Assembly (NCBI GenBank): GCA_964534125.1
Contig: CAZHOJ010000003.1
Span: 265,188 to 329,187 of the forward strand
DNA length: 64,000 bases
DNA from: an uncultured Ignavibacteriaceae bacterium
GTDB taxonomy: Bacteria > Bacteroidota > Ignavibacteria > UBA10030
Direction: 5' to 3'
Of this stretch, positions 25,500 to 35,699 are shown piece after piece. The notes under the pieces are model-generated. The model was given only the letters and a program-made list of their open reading frames with translations. It was not told the DNA's origin and ran no database searches. Every line of letters starts with the position of its first letter. Position 1 is the stretch's first letter. The translations under genes and the position numbers were made by a program.

Positions 25500-27902
25500 A
25501 TGAAGCGTACAATCGTTCTGTCATCGTCTGCTTTCGTCTTTATGTGTGTCGTGAGCAGCTGGGCGTTCGGGACCTATGGCGCGGGCAGCCTTCGCGAGAC
25601 TGGACAGCAGCTCACGCTCATTCTCGTCAACATGCTCATCGGTCTTGGCGCGTCCTTTCTGGTTCTCCGGATTGTTGCGAAGCTGATCGGCCGGCGTATG
25701 AAGCCTTTCTCGCGAAAGGTGCACCGTGCCGTGGTCCTGACCACCATCACCGCGGGTCTGTTCGCTGCTCCGATGCTCAACTTTGAGATCGGACTAACAC
25801 TTCGATATTTATTCGGGGACTTGACCGCATCCTCCCACCTCCTCGTCAACGAGTCCTCCGTATGGATGCTCCTTATCGCATCCATCGTTGGCTGGATCAC
25901 AGTCGCGTATGTCCTCCCACTCATCTACGAGGAATGGATCGGACGCCGGTCACGTATGGTCGCGCCCGTTGTATCCAGAAAGGAACGGTTGTTTCTGTTG
26001 TTGAAACTTGCTCTCGGCGGTTTCGTCGTCTGGCTGCTCGTCCTCGCAACAATGTCGGGTGATTGGACGGGGATCCTCCAGCGAGGCGGTATCATGGACG
26101 ACCTCACAGGATCAAGAAGAGTTGAAAGTGATTCCATTGTCGTCATTGATCTCATATTGCCGGCAATGAGCCATTATACCTACCTGAACGGTGTACGTCG
26201 CGTCGGAATGGAGGTCGACAAGCATGGAGCAAGGATCAAGCTTGTTATCCTTCCGGCGGACCTTGAACAGTCGTCACGCATCGCCGGCGTCATCCGGGAC
26301 ATCGCGACTCAGGGCAATGTCGTGTTCGCAGTCCCCCCACAACATCGCACACGCAATACCGATATCCGTTTGGCAGAGAATCCTATCCATGACGCCATAC
26401 CGATCGATTGGGGGGTGGCGAGCACCATGGATCTGAAAGACAGATATCTCTGGTGGCCACCCCTCACGTTCCGGCCAGTCGGGTACATCGAGGAGACCAC
26501 GGGCGAGGTTGTGCCGGAGGCTGTGCTTCGCCTCGTCGCCCGTTTCGTGGATGATGCAGACACGACACATGGACATGTTGAGGGATCCCGGTTCACAATG
26601 GGATCATATTCAACTGGCCTTTTTGCAGACGGAGAGGCACCAATTGTTCGGCGGCTTGCGACATGGAAGCTCCCTCGGGGCGCGGTCTCATGGCAGGAGG
26701 ACAATGATACGCTCCGATATGCCTACAACAATATGCAGCTGACGACACTTGACTCAGCCGGAGTGAACGCTTTCAGGGGGAAGATCGTCATCCTCGATCC
26801 CGGGGGTTCTGCGGGCTTCCCTGCTCAGGGAGAATCGTACGGCGAGACCGCGGCAATCATCACGCACCAGATACTCCGGGGATATTCCCGGACTCCTCTG
26901 GATACCTGGACGGACTGGATCGTTCTCGGTACACTGGTTGCCTGTATCGCGATGATGCTCTACCTGCAGCCAATCGTCGCAGCGATTGTCATTTTTATGT
27001 TGGGGTACGGCGATCTGATCCTCGGTATGTGGATATCGAACCAGCTCGAGGTTGTTGCCCAGATCCTTCCGCCGGCGCTGACCGCCTTCTGGTCCGTCCC
27101 TGTGCTCCTTTTCGTACGGGTCTTTCATGACCGTCGGCGACTTGAGTCGCGGGAGAAGAAGCGGGCTGAGGAGGAACTCAAGACCGCCCGCGAGATGCAG
27201 ATGGGACTCATGCCCACAGTGGATCCCACCATCCCCGGATTCCAGATCAGCGGCATCTGCCGTCCGGCGAACGAGGTGGGGGGCGACTTCTTCGACTATG
27301 TGTGGCTCGACGACCGAAAGACACGCCTGGGCATCGTCATCGTCGATGTGAGCGGCAAAGCTATGAAAGCGGCCATTACAGCGGTCCTCACAAGCGGCAT
27401 GCTCTACCGGGAGATGGGGACTAAGGACACGCCCAAGACCATCCTTCGCAAGATCAACAAGCCGATGTACCTCAAGACGGACCGCCGCGTGTTCACGGCG
27501 ATGACATTCGCGGTGCTGGATGTGAAGAAAAAGACGCTCCAGCTGTCGAATGCCGGGCAGACATTCCCCGTCCTTATCCGGGGTGGGAAATCAGAACTGG
27601 TGCGCCTGAAGGGCCAGCGGCTCCCGCTGGGGGTACAGGAAGAGACGTTGTATGAGGACCGGACGGTCCGGCTGAAGAAGGGAGATACGGTGCTGTTCTA
27701 CACGGACGGTATCACGGAAGCGATGAACGAGAAGGGTGAGATGTACGGGTTCGAACGATTTGTCGAGGCGACGACAGCACTGGACACCGACCGCACTGCA
27801 CGGCAGTCTGTAGGGTTGTTGATGGACTCTGTCACCGGCTTCGCAGGCTCTGCAGCGCAGCATGACGATATGACCATCGTCTCTCTCAGGGTGCTGGCAT
27901 GA
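25500..27902 (+). CDS. Membrane sensor PP2C (SpoIIE/RsbU-type) phosphatase with a CHASE2-like extracytoplasmic domain
   Basis: 800 aa: N-terminal TM bundle, about 270-aa loop (SIVVIDLILPA..), three TMs, a coiled linker, then PP2C motifs (GGDFFDY, VIVDVSGKAMKAA, FYTDGITEA, QHDDMTIV). Confidence 0.85.
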   Translation: MKRTIVLSSSAFVFMCVVSSWAFGTYGAGSLRETGQQLTLILVNMLIGLGASFLVLRIVAKLIGRRMKPFSRKVHRAVVLTTITAGLFAAPMLNFEIGLTLRYLFGDLTASSHLLVNESSVWMLLIASIVGWITVAYVLPLIYEEWIGRRSRMVAPVVSRKERLFLLLKLALGGFVVWLLVLATMSGDWTGILQRGGIMDDLTGSRRVESDSIVVIDLILPAMSHYTYLNGVRRVGMEVDKHGARIKLVILPADLEQSSRIAGVIRDIATQGNVVFAVPPQHRTRNTDIRLAENPIHDAIPIDWGVASTMDLKDRYLWWPPLTFRPVGYIEETTGEVVPEAVLRLVARFVDDADTTHGHVEGSRFTMGSYSTGLFADGEAPIVRRLATWKLPRGAVSWQEDNDTLRYAYNNMQLTTLDSAGVNAFRGKIVILDPGGSAGFPAQGESYGETAAIITHQILRGYSRTPLDTWTDWIVLGTLVACIAMMLYLQPIVAAIVIFMLGYGDLILGMWISNQLEVVAQILPPALTAFWSVPVLLFVRVFHDRRRLESREKKRAEEELKTAREMQMGLMPTVDPTIPGFQISGICRPANEVGGDFFDYVWLDDRKTRLGIVIVDVSGKAMKAAITAVLTSGMLYREMGTKDTPKTILRKINKPMYLKTDRRVFTAMTFAVLDVKKKTLQLSNAGQTFPVLIRGGKSELVRLKGQRLPLGVQEETLYEDRTVRLKKGDTVLFYTDGITEAMNEKGEMYGFERFVEATTALDTDRTARQSVGLLMDSVTGFAGSAAQHDDMTIVSLRVLA

Positions 27903-30370
27903 AGATCTCGCAATCATTGTCCCGCAATGAATGGACCGCGATCCTCACGGCTTGCGGCCTGCTGTATCTCCTCGGGGTGATGAATCTCCTTCTGGAACGA
28001 TGGTGGCTGAACGCATGGAGTATCACATGGCTCCTGATCGGACTGGTTCCCTATGCCGTCATCATACTGTTCCTCTCTCTGGTGGCTCTGCTTCTGGACC
28101 GGGCCCGGAGAGCGTACGGCTGGGATTCCACCAGGCCGAGCGTTCGTATTCTCCGCACAGGCGTATTGTTTGCAACGGCTTTTCTCTCGGGCCTGCTCGG
28201 ACAAGTGGCGTTCAACGTGGCCCTGAATCTGACAGGGCGCATACAGGTGGATATTTTCCGGGTCTACCCGACAGAGCTCATCGCAGGCATAACTGCCGGG
28301 ATCGTGATCCTTGTCCTCATGTGGGCATATGGCACTCAGCGCCGGTTCATTGTTGCGGTCGGTGTGCTAGGTGCAGCACTGTATGTGCTGCCCTCTGTCG
28401 TTCCTGGCTCTCTCCAACGGGATCTGGAAGCTGGATGGATCGATGTGCTGAACAGCACCAATCCGGATCCCGCATATGTTCCGGACACGTCTGTCGTTGT
28501 CATCCATCTGGATTCCTGGACAGGGGCCGAGGACATGCGTTCGCTCTTCCGGCTCATCGCCCGGTCTGGTCCGTCTGCGATAGGGATCATGTTTCCTGTG
28601 TACACCTTCGTGGATGCCGGGAAGGATCCCACGATGTACGCTATTCTTCCCAAAGAGCGGACAGTGTTTGGGGTCTTCCCATATGGAAAAGACCGAGACA
28701 CACCAGACACATGGAATCGGCTCGAACGCGTTACCGATGTACGTTCCGGAAGCGCGTCGGGCGTGAACTCTGAAGAAAAGTGGTTCCTGCCCAGGGGCAC
28801 GTATCTGCCTGTTATTCAGCAAGACTCCCTTCTCCGCTTCTCCCATCGTGCATGTGACGCCGGTCTCGCACTGGCCCTCATCCACCGGAACGCTGACCTG
28901 CCTCTCCCCATAGAACGCGTATCTTCTCTCTTGTTTGGCGAAACCATTCGGATCGACGGACTCTCTATTCCAACAACATCAACCGGAGCCGCCATTGTCA
29001 ACCGGTTCAGGGACGAGAGCGTTTGGGGCCAGGCAGTACTCAAAGCTGAGCAACGGGAAATGCCCTTCGGAGGCGGAGTGGCCCTGTATCTGCACCCACA
29101 TGGGCTCCAGGGTTCGGACGGCTATGTCATGCCCAAACGCATGGCAGACGGGTCCGAAGATGTTGCATTCGGCGTGCCGGGTCCCTACGCAGCCAGCACA
29201 GACACGGATCACATTCCGGGGCTTCGGGGAAGGATCGTTCTCATAACCATGCGGTCGCAGCATGATGTTCCGAAAATCCTTCCCCAGCATATGGAGGCCG
29301 CAGAGGATGCTGCAGGGACCTCCTATAACGCTATCATCAAGGGTCTGCTGGTCGTCGATCCGATACGCTCCCTGAACGATACGATTTCATCGATCCTGTT
29401 CCTGCTAATGATGCTGTTGGTGCTCTGGCTCTTCAGGCGCCATCGGCCCTTCAGAGCAGCAGTCCAGGTCACTATGATCACGATAGCCGCTCTCCTTATC
29501 GGGGTGATCCTCTTCGGTGTTGCAGACGTCCACATCCCCGGTTCACCCGTACTGATCCCCGCCGGGCTGGGACTCATCATCCTCTTCCCTGCTGAGCTGG
29601 CGAGAGAGCGCCGACTCATCCAGGCAGAACGGGCCAGACTCTCTTCTGAACTCAAAACTGCCCACGACATGCAGATGGGTCTGATGCCGAAGGAGGATCC
29701 GGTCATTCCGGGACTCGACATTTCTGCATCCTGTGTACCTGCTTCCGAAGTTGGGGGGGATTTCTATGATTTTGTCTGGCTGGACCGGAGACATACGAAG
29801 CTCGGCATCGCGGTAGCAGATGTGTCAGGGAAAGCCATGAAGGCAGCCATGACCGCCGTGATGACCAGCGGGATGCTCTCTAGCGAGGTACAAAAAAGCA
29901 GCTCCCCCAGAGAAGTCCTCCGGCGCATCAATCATCCGCTCTACATCAGATCGGACAGACGTGTTTTTACCGCGTTGGCGTTTGCCGTGATAAACACCAA
30001 AGACAAAACTCTGACATACTCCAGCGCAGGACAAACACCGCCCGCACTTGTGCGGAGAGCCAGGATCCAAGATCTCAAGATCCAAGGAGTACGTCTGCCG
30101 TTGGGAGTAAAGGAAGACGTGATATATAAGGAGCTGAAGCTCGTGCTGCAGAAAGGCGACGTACTGGTGCTGTCCACGGATGGCATCGTCGAGGCGATGA
30201 ATGCAAAGAAGGAGCTGTATGGATTCGAGAGGTTCCATGCTGCGCTGGAGAAATGGCACGATCTGCCGGCAACGGCCATCCGAGACAGGCTGCTGGCGGA
30301 TGTGAAGGAGTTTGCAGGAACAACGGCACAGTATGATGATATGACTGTTGTCATTGTGAAGATCATGTAG
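27899..30370 (+). CDS. Second membrane sensor PP2C phosphatase with a CHASE2-like domain
   Basis: 823 aa with the same architecture (VVVIHLDSW.., GGDFYDF, AVADVSGKAMKAA, STDGIVEA, QYDDMTVV). ATGA overlap with the upstream gene. Confidence 0.85.
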   Translation: MKISQSLSRNEWTAILTACGLLYLLGVMNLLLERWWLNAWSITWLLIGLVPYAVIILFLSLVALLLDRARRAYGWDSTRPSVRILRTGVLFATAFLSGLLGQVAFNVALNLTGRIQVDIFRVYPTELIAGITAGIVILVLMWAYGTQRRFIVAVGVLGAALYVLPSVVPGSLQRDLEAGWIDVLNSTNPDPAYVPDTSVVVIHLDSWTGAEDMRSLFRLIARSGPSAIGIMFPVYTFVDAGKDPTMYAILPKERTVFGVFPYGKDRDTPDTWNRLERVTDVRSGSASGVNSEEKWFLPRGTYLPVIQQDSLLRFSHRACDAGLALALIHRNADLPLPIERVSSLLFGETIRIDGLSIPTTSTGAAIVNRFRDESVWGQAVLKAEQREMPFGGGVALYLHPHGLQGSDGYVMPKRMADGSEDVAFGVPGPYAASTDTDHIPGLRGRIVLITMRSQHDVPKILPQHMEAAEDAAGTSYNAIIKGLLVVDPIRSLNDTISSILFLLMMLLVLWLFRRHRPFRAAVQVTMITIAALLIGVILFGVADVHIPGSPVLIPAGLGLIILFPAELARERRLIQAERARLSSELKTAHDMQMGLMPKEDPVIPGLDISASCVPASEVGGDFYDFVWLDRRHTKLGIAVADVSGKAMKAAMTAVMTSGMLSSEVQKSSSPREVLRRINHPLYIRSDRRVFTALAFAVINTKDKTLTYSSAGQTPPALVRRARIQDLKIQGVRLPLGVKEDVIYKELKLVLQKGDVLVLSTDGIVEAMNAKKELYGFERFHAALEKWHDLPATAIRDRLLADVKEFAGTTAQYDDMTVVIVKIM

Positions 30371-30494
30371 AGATGGAAGATGAGAGATAAGAGACATCAG
30401 ACCAAAGATGGAAGATGAAAGACGGCAGAATATTTCTGAATGAAGATCCAGCTGCTACCTGACGGAAAATCGCATGGGTGAAGGAGACATCGCG

Positions 30495-30926
30495 ATGAAA
30501 GATCATACGAACATGGTCGAGGTCCACCTGCCGAACGAGCTCGGCTACGAAAAGATAGCCATGGAAGCGGCGGCGGCGACCGCAAAGATGCTCGGCTTCT
30601 CACCGGACCGCGTGGACGACCTCCGTACAGCGGTGAGCGAGGCCTGTATTAATGCCATCGAGCATGGACCGAAACAGCAGAGGACAGAGCGTCTTCTGAT
30701 CACGCTCAAGGCCGGCGAAGGAGAGCTTCAGGTGGAGGTCCACGATACAGGCGATCCATATACAATCCCCCACAAGAGACCCAACCTGAAGCGGAAAATG
30801 GAGGGAGGCTCTCCGCCCCGCGGCTGGGGGCTCTTCCTCATCAGGAACCTCGTCGACAAGTTCGAAGTGGCCGCCAGCGAAGGCGGCAACGTGACACGCA
30901 TGATCATCACCCTGCACAAGAGTTGA
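30495..30926 (+). CDS. RsbW/SpoIIAB-type anti-sigma-like serine kinase (HATPase_c)
   Basis: N-box EACINAIEHG, G1 HDTGDP, G2 RGWGLFLI. GAAGGAG lies 8 nt upstream of ATG 30495. The ORF is open from 30474. Confidence 0.85.
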   Translation: MKDHTNMVEVHLPNELGYEKIAMEAAAATAKMLGFSPDRVDDLRTAVSEACINAIEHGPKQQRTERLLITLKAGEGELQVEVHDTGDPYTIPHKRPNLKRKMEGGSPPRGWGLFLIRNLVDKFEVAASEGGNVTRMIITLHKS

Positions 30927-30950
30927 GCACTATCATCCAAGGAGCCATCT

Positions 30951-31310
30951 ATGGACCAGCAACCGACCATCGACATCGTCACCCGGGACAATACGGCGGT
31001 GCTGAACATCACGGGGGACGTGACCAGCTTCGCCGAAGAGCCGGTGATGAACGCTTATTCGAAGGCTTCCCAGGAGGGAAGCAAGAACATCCTCCTGAAA
31101 TTCCAGGAGGCGACCTACATCAACAGCGCCGGCATCGCCATCATCATCGGCATGATGTCGGACGCTCAGAAGGCGAAGCAGCGGGTCGCTGTCTGCGGTC
31201 TGTCAAACCATTTCAAGAAGATCTTCGACATGATCGGCCTGGTCGACTACCTCGAACTCTACGATGACGAGCAGCAGGCGCTGGACAAGCTGAACAAGAA
31301 GAAGCGATGA
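30951..31310 (+). CDS. STAS-domain anti-sigma-factor antagonist (RsbV/SpoIIAA-like)
   Basis: 119 aa. ..EATYINSAGIAIIIG.. carries the phosphorylatable Ser in the usual position. AAGGAG RBS. Confidence 0.85.
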   Translation: MDQQPTIDIVTRDNTAVLNITGDVTSFAEEPVMNAYSKASQEGSKNILLKFQEATYINSAGIAIIIGMMSDAQKAKQRVAVCGLSNHFKKIFDMIGLVDYLELYDDEQQALDKLNKKKR

Positions 31311-32566
31311 GACGACGATCCGCTCTGCCGCAGCGGAACGAGATCCTCGGCGACCTGGAACGCCTGCAGCGCCTGCATGTGGGGCTCGAGGCGCGTCTGC
31401 AGACAATTCTTGACCTCACACACCCGGACCAGACGTCAGGACAGCTTCCGTCGCTCGAGGAATCTCTGGCCTCGACGCTCTACAGCCTTGTCGGCAACTT
31501 CGGCACGCTCGGCGGTGCCGTCTATGTGATACGCCGTCAGGTCCCTTCCGCACAGCGTGTGGCATCGACCGTCCTGCCCCGCAATCACTGTGAGGACCTC
31601 GCGGCAGCCCTCGCAGCGGCCAATCTGACCGACTTTCCGTCGAAGATCCTTTCCGCACGATCGTTCAAGTCCCTGCGGGCATTTCCGGGAGTCGCCGAGC
31701 TGCTCCGGTCCATGAAGGTCTCTGTCCTTGCCCCCCTTCCGCTTGGGAAAGACCAGAGCGCGTTCATCATCCTCGGCCGGCGCATGAACCGGAAGCCATT
31801 CTCCAGGGCCGATGTATCGGTCCTTTCCGTTCTCATTGCCACGGCCTCGCTCTCCGCCAGGTTCGCGGGGATGATGCAGACGAACCTCGAGCTCCAGATG
31901 CAGCGGTTCAGGGTCCAGGGATTGCTCGAGGAGTTCATCGCCCCAGAGGTCGTCCAGCAGCTATTGTCCAGCCCCCGACGTCGGGCCACCACTGACCGCC
32001 GTCGGGTCAGTGTGCTCATGGCGGACATCCGGAACTTCACTGCAACGTCGGAGATCACCCCGCCGGAGGTCCTCGTCCGATGCATGAACTCGTTTTACGA
32101 CTCAGTGGCGGCCGTGACGATGCGACATGGGGGCACGGTCGACAAGTTCATCGGTGATGCCATCCTTGCCGTCTTTGGCGCTCCCGTTGCAATGGACGAC
32201 CATGCTCAACGGGCGGTCAGGGCGGGTCAGGACATGGTGCGGATCTTCGAGGAGCTGAAAGAGAAAGAAGAGGAGTTCGGAGAGGTCTTCCGATCGTCTG
32301 GACTCGGCGTCGGGATCGCCACCGGCGAGGTCATCAGCGGCTCGATGGGGTCTGGCAAGCGGGTCGACTACACGGTGATCGGACGAACGGTCAACCTGGC
32401 AGCACGCATTACCTCCCTTGCTGGTCCGCAGCAGGTCGTCTTCGATGAGACCACGCGAGCAGACCTCGGAGACAGCATCACCTTCTCGACGCTCCCCTCA
32501 CAACTTGTGAAGGGGATCGGGGAGAAAGTTGCGCTCTTCGAGGCAGGAGATGGCTCACAAGAATGA
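31307..32566 (+). CDS. Class III adenylate/guanylate cyclase with an N-terminal GAF-like domain
   Basis: Catalytic motifs VLMADIRNFT, FIGDAILAVFGAP and IGRTVNLAARI. The ATG overlaps the STAS stop (ATGA). Confidence 0.85.
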   Translation: MRRRSALPQRNEILGDLERLQRLHVGLEARLQTILDLTHPDQTSGQLPSLEESLASTLYSLVGNFGTLGGAVYVIRRQVPSAQRVASTVLPRNHCEDLAAALAAANLTDFPSKILSARSFKSLRAFPGVAELLRSMKVSVLAPLPLGKDQSAFIILGRRMNRKPFSRADVSVLSVLIATASLSARFAGMMQTNLELQMQRFRVQGLLEEFIAPEVVQQLLSSPRRRATTDRRRVSVLMADIRNFTATSEITPPEVLVRCMNSFYDSVAAVTMRHGGTVDKFIGDAILAVFGAPVAMDDHAQRAVRAGQDMVRIFEELKEKEEEFGEVFRSSGLGVGIATGEVISGSMGSGKRVDYTVIGRTVNLAARITSLAGPQQVVFDETTRADLGDSITFSTLPSQLVKGIGEKVALFEAGDGSQE

Positions 32567-32670
32567 TCTGGCGGAGGTCCTGCACTTCCCTGTCAGAGAT
32601 GCCATTTCTGACTTCCGTCACCCCCGCCTGCCGGCTCACGGTTAACGGTTCACTGTTCCCTTTCCCCGTT

Positions 32671-34911
32671 CTACCGCAGCAATATCATCCTCCGCACCTG
32701 CATCACATCCCCTACCAACAGACGATAGAAATACACGCCGCTCGGGAATCCCTGCGCACTCCAGGTCACCGAATGCGAGCCCGCGGGAAGGACATCGCTC
32801 ATAAGCACAGCCACTTCACGCCCAAGCACGTCGAACACTGACACCTTCGCATATCCTCTCTCCTCCATCCTCCATCCTATCGTCGTACTCGGGTTGAATG
32901 GGTTCGGGTAGTTCTGCTCAAGAGTGAAGTCTACGGGCGTCTGCACCGTATTGTCCACACCTGTGACGACAGGATATTTCAGCCGCACGTCGTCCAGGTA
33001 GATCGTCCCCGACGTCACCGTTCCGGCCGTTGTGGCAGGGGCAAGCTGTATCTCGATGCGCTTGAGCGCCAGCGGATAGCTCACGTTCGACACTCCCGAG
33101 AGAGGCGTCAGGCCGATCATCGCCGCATTGACCGCGAGGAACTTCGTGCTGTCGTTCAGGTATTTCAGGCCGAGAGCACGGAATATATTCCCCTCGGCAT
33201 CTTCGAATCGGTAGTAGAGCCTATGCCGGCGGCCGTCGGTCTGGGCATCCAGATAAATCGAGTCGGGAATCCCATAGATGGGGATATCTTTGTTCAGGTA
33301 GATCATGTACGGCGACTTCGAGACATCATACGTAAGCGAATACTCGATGCCGAACCACTGGTTCTGCTCCCCACCTGTAGTGGTCACGATGCCCACGAAA
33401 AGCGAATCCAGGGTCGGCCCCTCGAAGGTCCAGCCGGTCAATTCATGCAACGGATCGATAGTCTGAAAGCCGCTTGCCACCTCCACACGGACCTCACTCG
33501 TATCGCTATAGCCGCCGAGCGTTGCGATGATATGCGTGGTGCCTGTCTGTTTTCCCGTGAAGACACCTGCCGCATCGACTGTCCCTACCGATGGATCCGT
33601 CGAGACGAGCGAGAACATCGAGATTGGTATATCGTACTTCAGCGAGTCGGCATCATACGTATCGATCCGCAAGGCCACTGTGCGCGACGTGTCTGTGACA
33701 ACCAGCTTCGGCCGGATCTCGAAGAACGCGAAATCGAAGGTGGATACATAGCAGGAATCCGTGACACCATTGAACAGCGCATAGACGTAGCCGCTGTCTG
33801 CATGGTCTGACGGCGTGAAGATGCCCGTCGGTGCGATGGTCCCGATGCCCGCATCGCAGCTGTACTGCACCATCGATTGCGGCAGCATGATGCGGTTCCC
33901 GTTCGGGTCGAGAACGGTCGAGGTGAAGAGGTGCCTGTCGTACCGGAAGACTCTCAGCGAATCGGACGCGAGCTGCATCGATGTCAGGTCCTGCGGAGCA
34001 ACGGACGAGAGAACGATAAGGGAATAGAGGAATTCGGCGGCGAACCCACGGAGGATGTCCTCGTTGCCGCCGTGAGCCATAGTGGGGAAGAACATGCTCT
34101 GTGTGTAGATGCCGAGCTCAGTAGCGACCCGGTCGATGCGGACGCCGCCGTAGATGACGATCGTGAAATCCGTCGAGACGCCGCTGTCAGGCGGGACGAC
34201 CGGATCGAGCAGTCCGTGGAAATTGGCGACCGGAACATCGCCTGCTTCGATCCATGACGGATCCATCGTCGCGCCGACGTAATTGACGATCCCATGGATC
34301 CCCGTCGAGTAGCCGGGATTTCCGCTGGTCCCTTCGATGTCACCCCATGTCACCTGGTCCACGTCCGGAGGGATCTCATCCTGGTCCCAGTACGCATAAT
34401 GTACTGCCACCATCGAGCCGGCCGATGAACCGTAGAGATAGATGTGAGAGGTATCGATACTGTACTCTGCCGCTTTCGACCTGAGAAATCTCACCGCCGC
34501 CTTGGTGTCCTGCACTCCTCTGAGCAATTCCTCAAGGATCGTCGTCACGCCCTTCGGGGATTCGATGCCCAGGCGATAGTCGATGGTCGCCGCGACATAT
34601 CCGCGGCGGGCCGCATCGCTGCAGAAGGTCGCCATACCCCCCCGGTCGCCGCTTATCAGACTCCCCCCGTGGATGAACACGATGAGCGGCCGTGATTGCA
34701 TCGTATCGCCGGTCGGGACGTAGAGGTCGAGGCGCAGCGTATCGACCGAGCCGCTGATGCCGGTGTTGCTGCCGAACACGATCCCCGCGGTCGTCGTGGC
34801 CGAGGGGAAGATAAGGTCTTTGAATCTTGTCTGGGCGTCCGAAGCTGAGGCGAAGAGGATCACGGAGGCGATCACCAGCGCCCGGAGACTTGAGCGATGC
34901 GGAGAGAGCAT
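32671..34911 (-). CDS. Multidomain esterase (alpha/beta hydrolase) with Ig-like/carbohydrate-binding-like modules and a T9SS C-terminal sorting domain
   Basis: Signal peptide from MLSPHRSSLRALVIASVILFASASDAQ, HGGSLISG, GSSAGS. CTD is NYPNPFNPSTTIGW..RRMILLR. The esterase domain is paralogous to 22996-24294. Confidence 0.85.
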   Translation of the reverse strand: MLSPHRSSLRALVIASVILFASASDAQTRFKDLIFPSATTTAGIVFGSNTGISGSVDTLRLDLYVPTGDTMQSRPLIVFIHGGSLISGDRGGMATFCSDAARRGYVAATIDYRLGIESPKGVTTILEELLRGVQDTKAAVRFLRSKAAEYSIDTSHIYLYGSSAGSMVAVHYAYWDQDEIPPDVDQVTWGDIEGTSGNPGYSTGIHGIVNYVGATMDPSWIEAGDVPVANFHGLLDPVVPPDSGVSTDFTIVIYGGVRIDRVATELGIYTQSMFFPTMAHGGNEDILRGFAAEFLYSLIVLSSVAPQDLTSMQLASDSLRVFRYDRHLFTSTVLDPNGNRIMLPQSMVQYSCDAGIGTIAPTGIFTPSDHADSGYVYALFNGVTDSCYVSTFDFAFFEIRPKLVVTDTSRTVALRIDTYDADSLKYDIPISMFSLVSTDPSVGTVDAAGVFTGKQTGTTHIIATLGGYSDTSEVRVEVASGFQTIDPLHELTGWTFEGPTLDSLFVGIVTTTGGEQNQWFGIEYSLTYDVSKSPYMIYLNKDIPIYGIPDSIYLDAQTDGRRHRLYYRFEDAEGNIFRALGLKYLNDSTKFLAVNAAMIGLTPLSGVSNVSYPLALKRIEIQLAPATTAGTVTSGTIYLDDVRLKYPVVTGVDNTVQTPVDFTLEQNYPNPFNPSTTIGWRMEERGYAKVSVFDVLGREVAVLMSDVLPAGSHSVTWSAQGFPSGVYFYRLLVGDVMQVRRMILLR

Positions 34912-35118
34912 TGCGTTCTTCCTTTCTTTTCCCCCTTCGATCGAACCGGGAATCATCAATTTGACCCAGCGGAAGCCCATTGTCAAGAAGAGGGTTCTCC
35001 CTGGCATTCCCATTCGTGCGATGTGGCTGCATGCAGGGAATTCTTCAGGAAACTCTTGGCCCTCTGAACGGATTTTCTATCATATTGGTGACAACCATCC
35101 TCGCAGAAGGACACAACC

Positions 35119-35643
35119 ATGAAGAATCCTCTCGTGTGCCTGGCCACCCTCCTCATCGGTTGCGTGAGCGTTCCGGAGAACGTCACCCCCATCGAACCGT
35201 TCGAGCTTGAACGATATCTTGGGACATGGTACGAGATCGCGCGCCTCGACCACTCCTTCGAGCGCGGCCTGAGCCGCGTGACCGCGAACTACACGATGCG
35301 TGATGACGGAGGTGTGCGTGTCCTGAACCGGGGATACAACGAGGAGAAGAAGGAGTGGAGGGAAGCCGAAGGAAAAGCGTACTTCGTGGAGCGATCGGAC
35401 CAGGGTTTCCTGAAGGTGTCGTTCTTCGGTCCGTTCTACGGATCATACATCATCGTAGAGCTGGATCAGGAGGACTACCAGTACTCGCTCGTCTGCGGTC
35501 CGGACAAGGACTACCTGTGGATCCTCTCGCGGACACCGGCGATGGATGAGGCGACGAAGGAGAAGCTTGTGACAAAGGCGAGGGAATTGGGGTTTGAGAC
35601 GGAGAAGCTGATCTATGTAGAACAAAACGAAATCGGAAAGTAG
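35119..35643 (+). CDS. blc: Outer-membrane lipocalin lipoprotein Blc
   Basis: Lipobox LLIGC, YLGTWYEIARLD, YSLVCGPDKDYLWILSR. Confidence 0.9.
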   Translation: MKNPLVCLATLLIGCVSVPENVTPIEPFELERYLGTWYEIARLDHSFERGLSRVTANYTMRDDGGVRVLNRGYNEEKKEWREAEGKAYFVERSDQGFLKVSFFGPFYGSYIIVELDQEDYQYSLVCGPDKDYLWILSRTPAMDEATKEKLVTKARELGFETEKLIYVEQNEIGK

Positions 35644-35699
35644 CAAGAGGCGAGAGGGTGAAGGCCGGGGGGCTCACGCGACGTTTGCACATGAGGACC

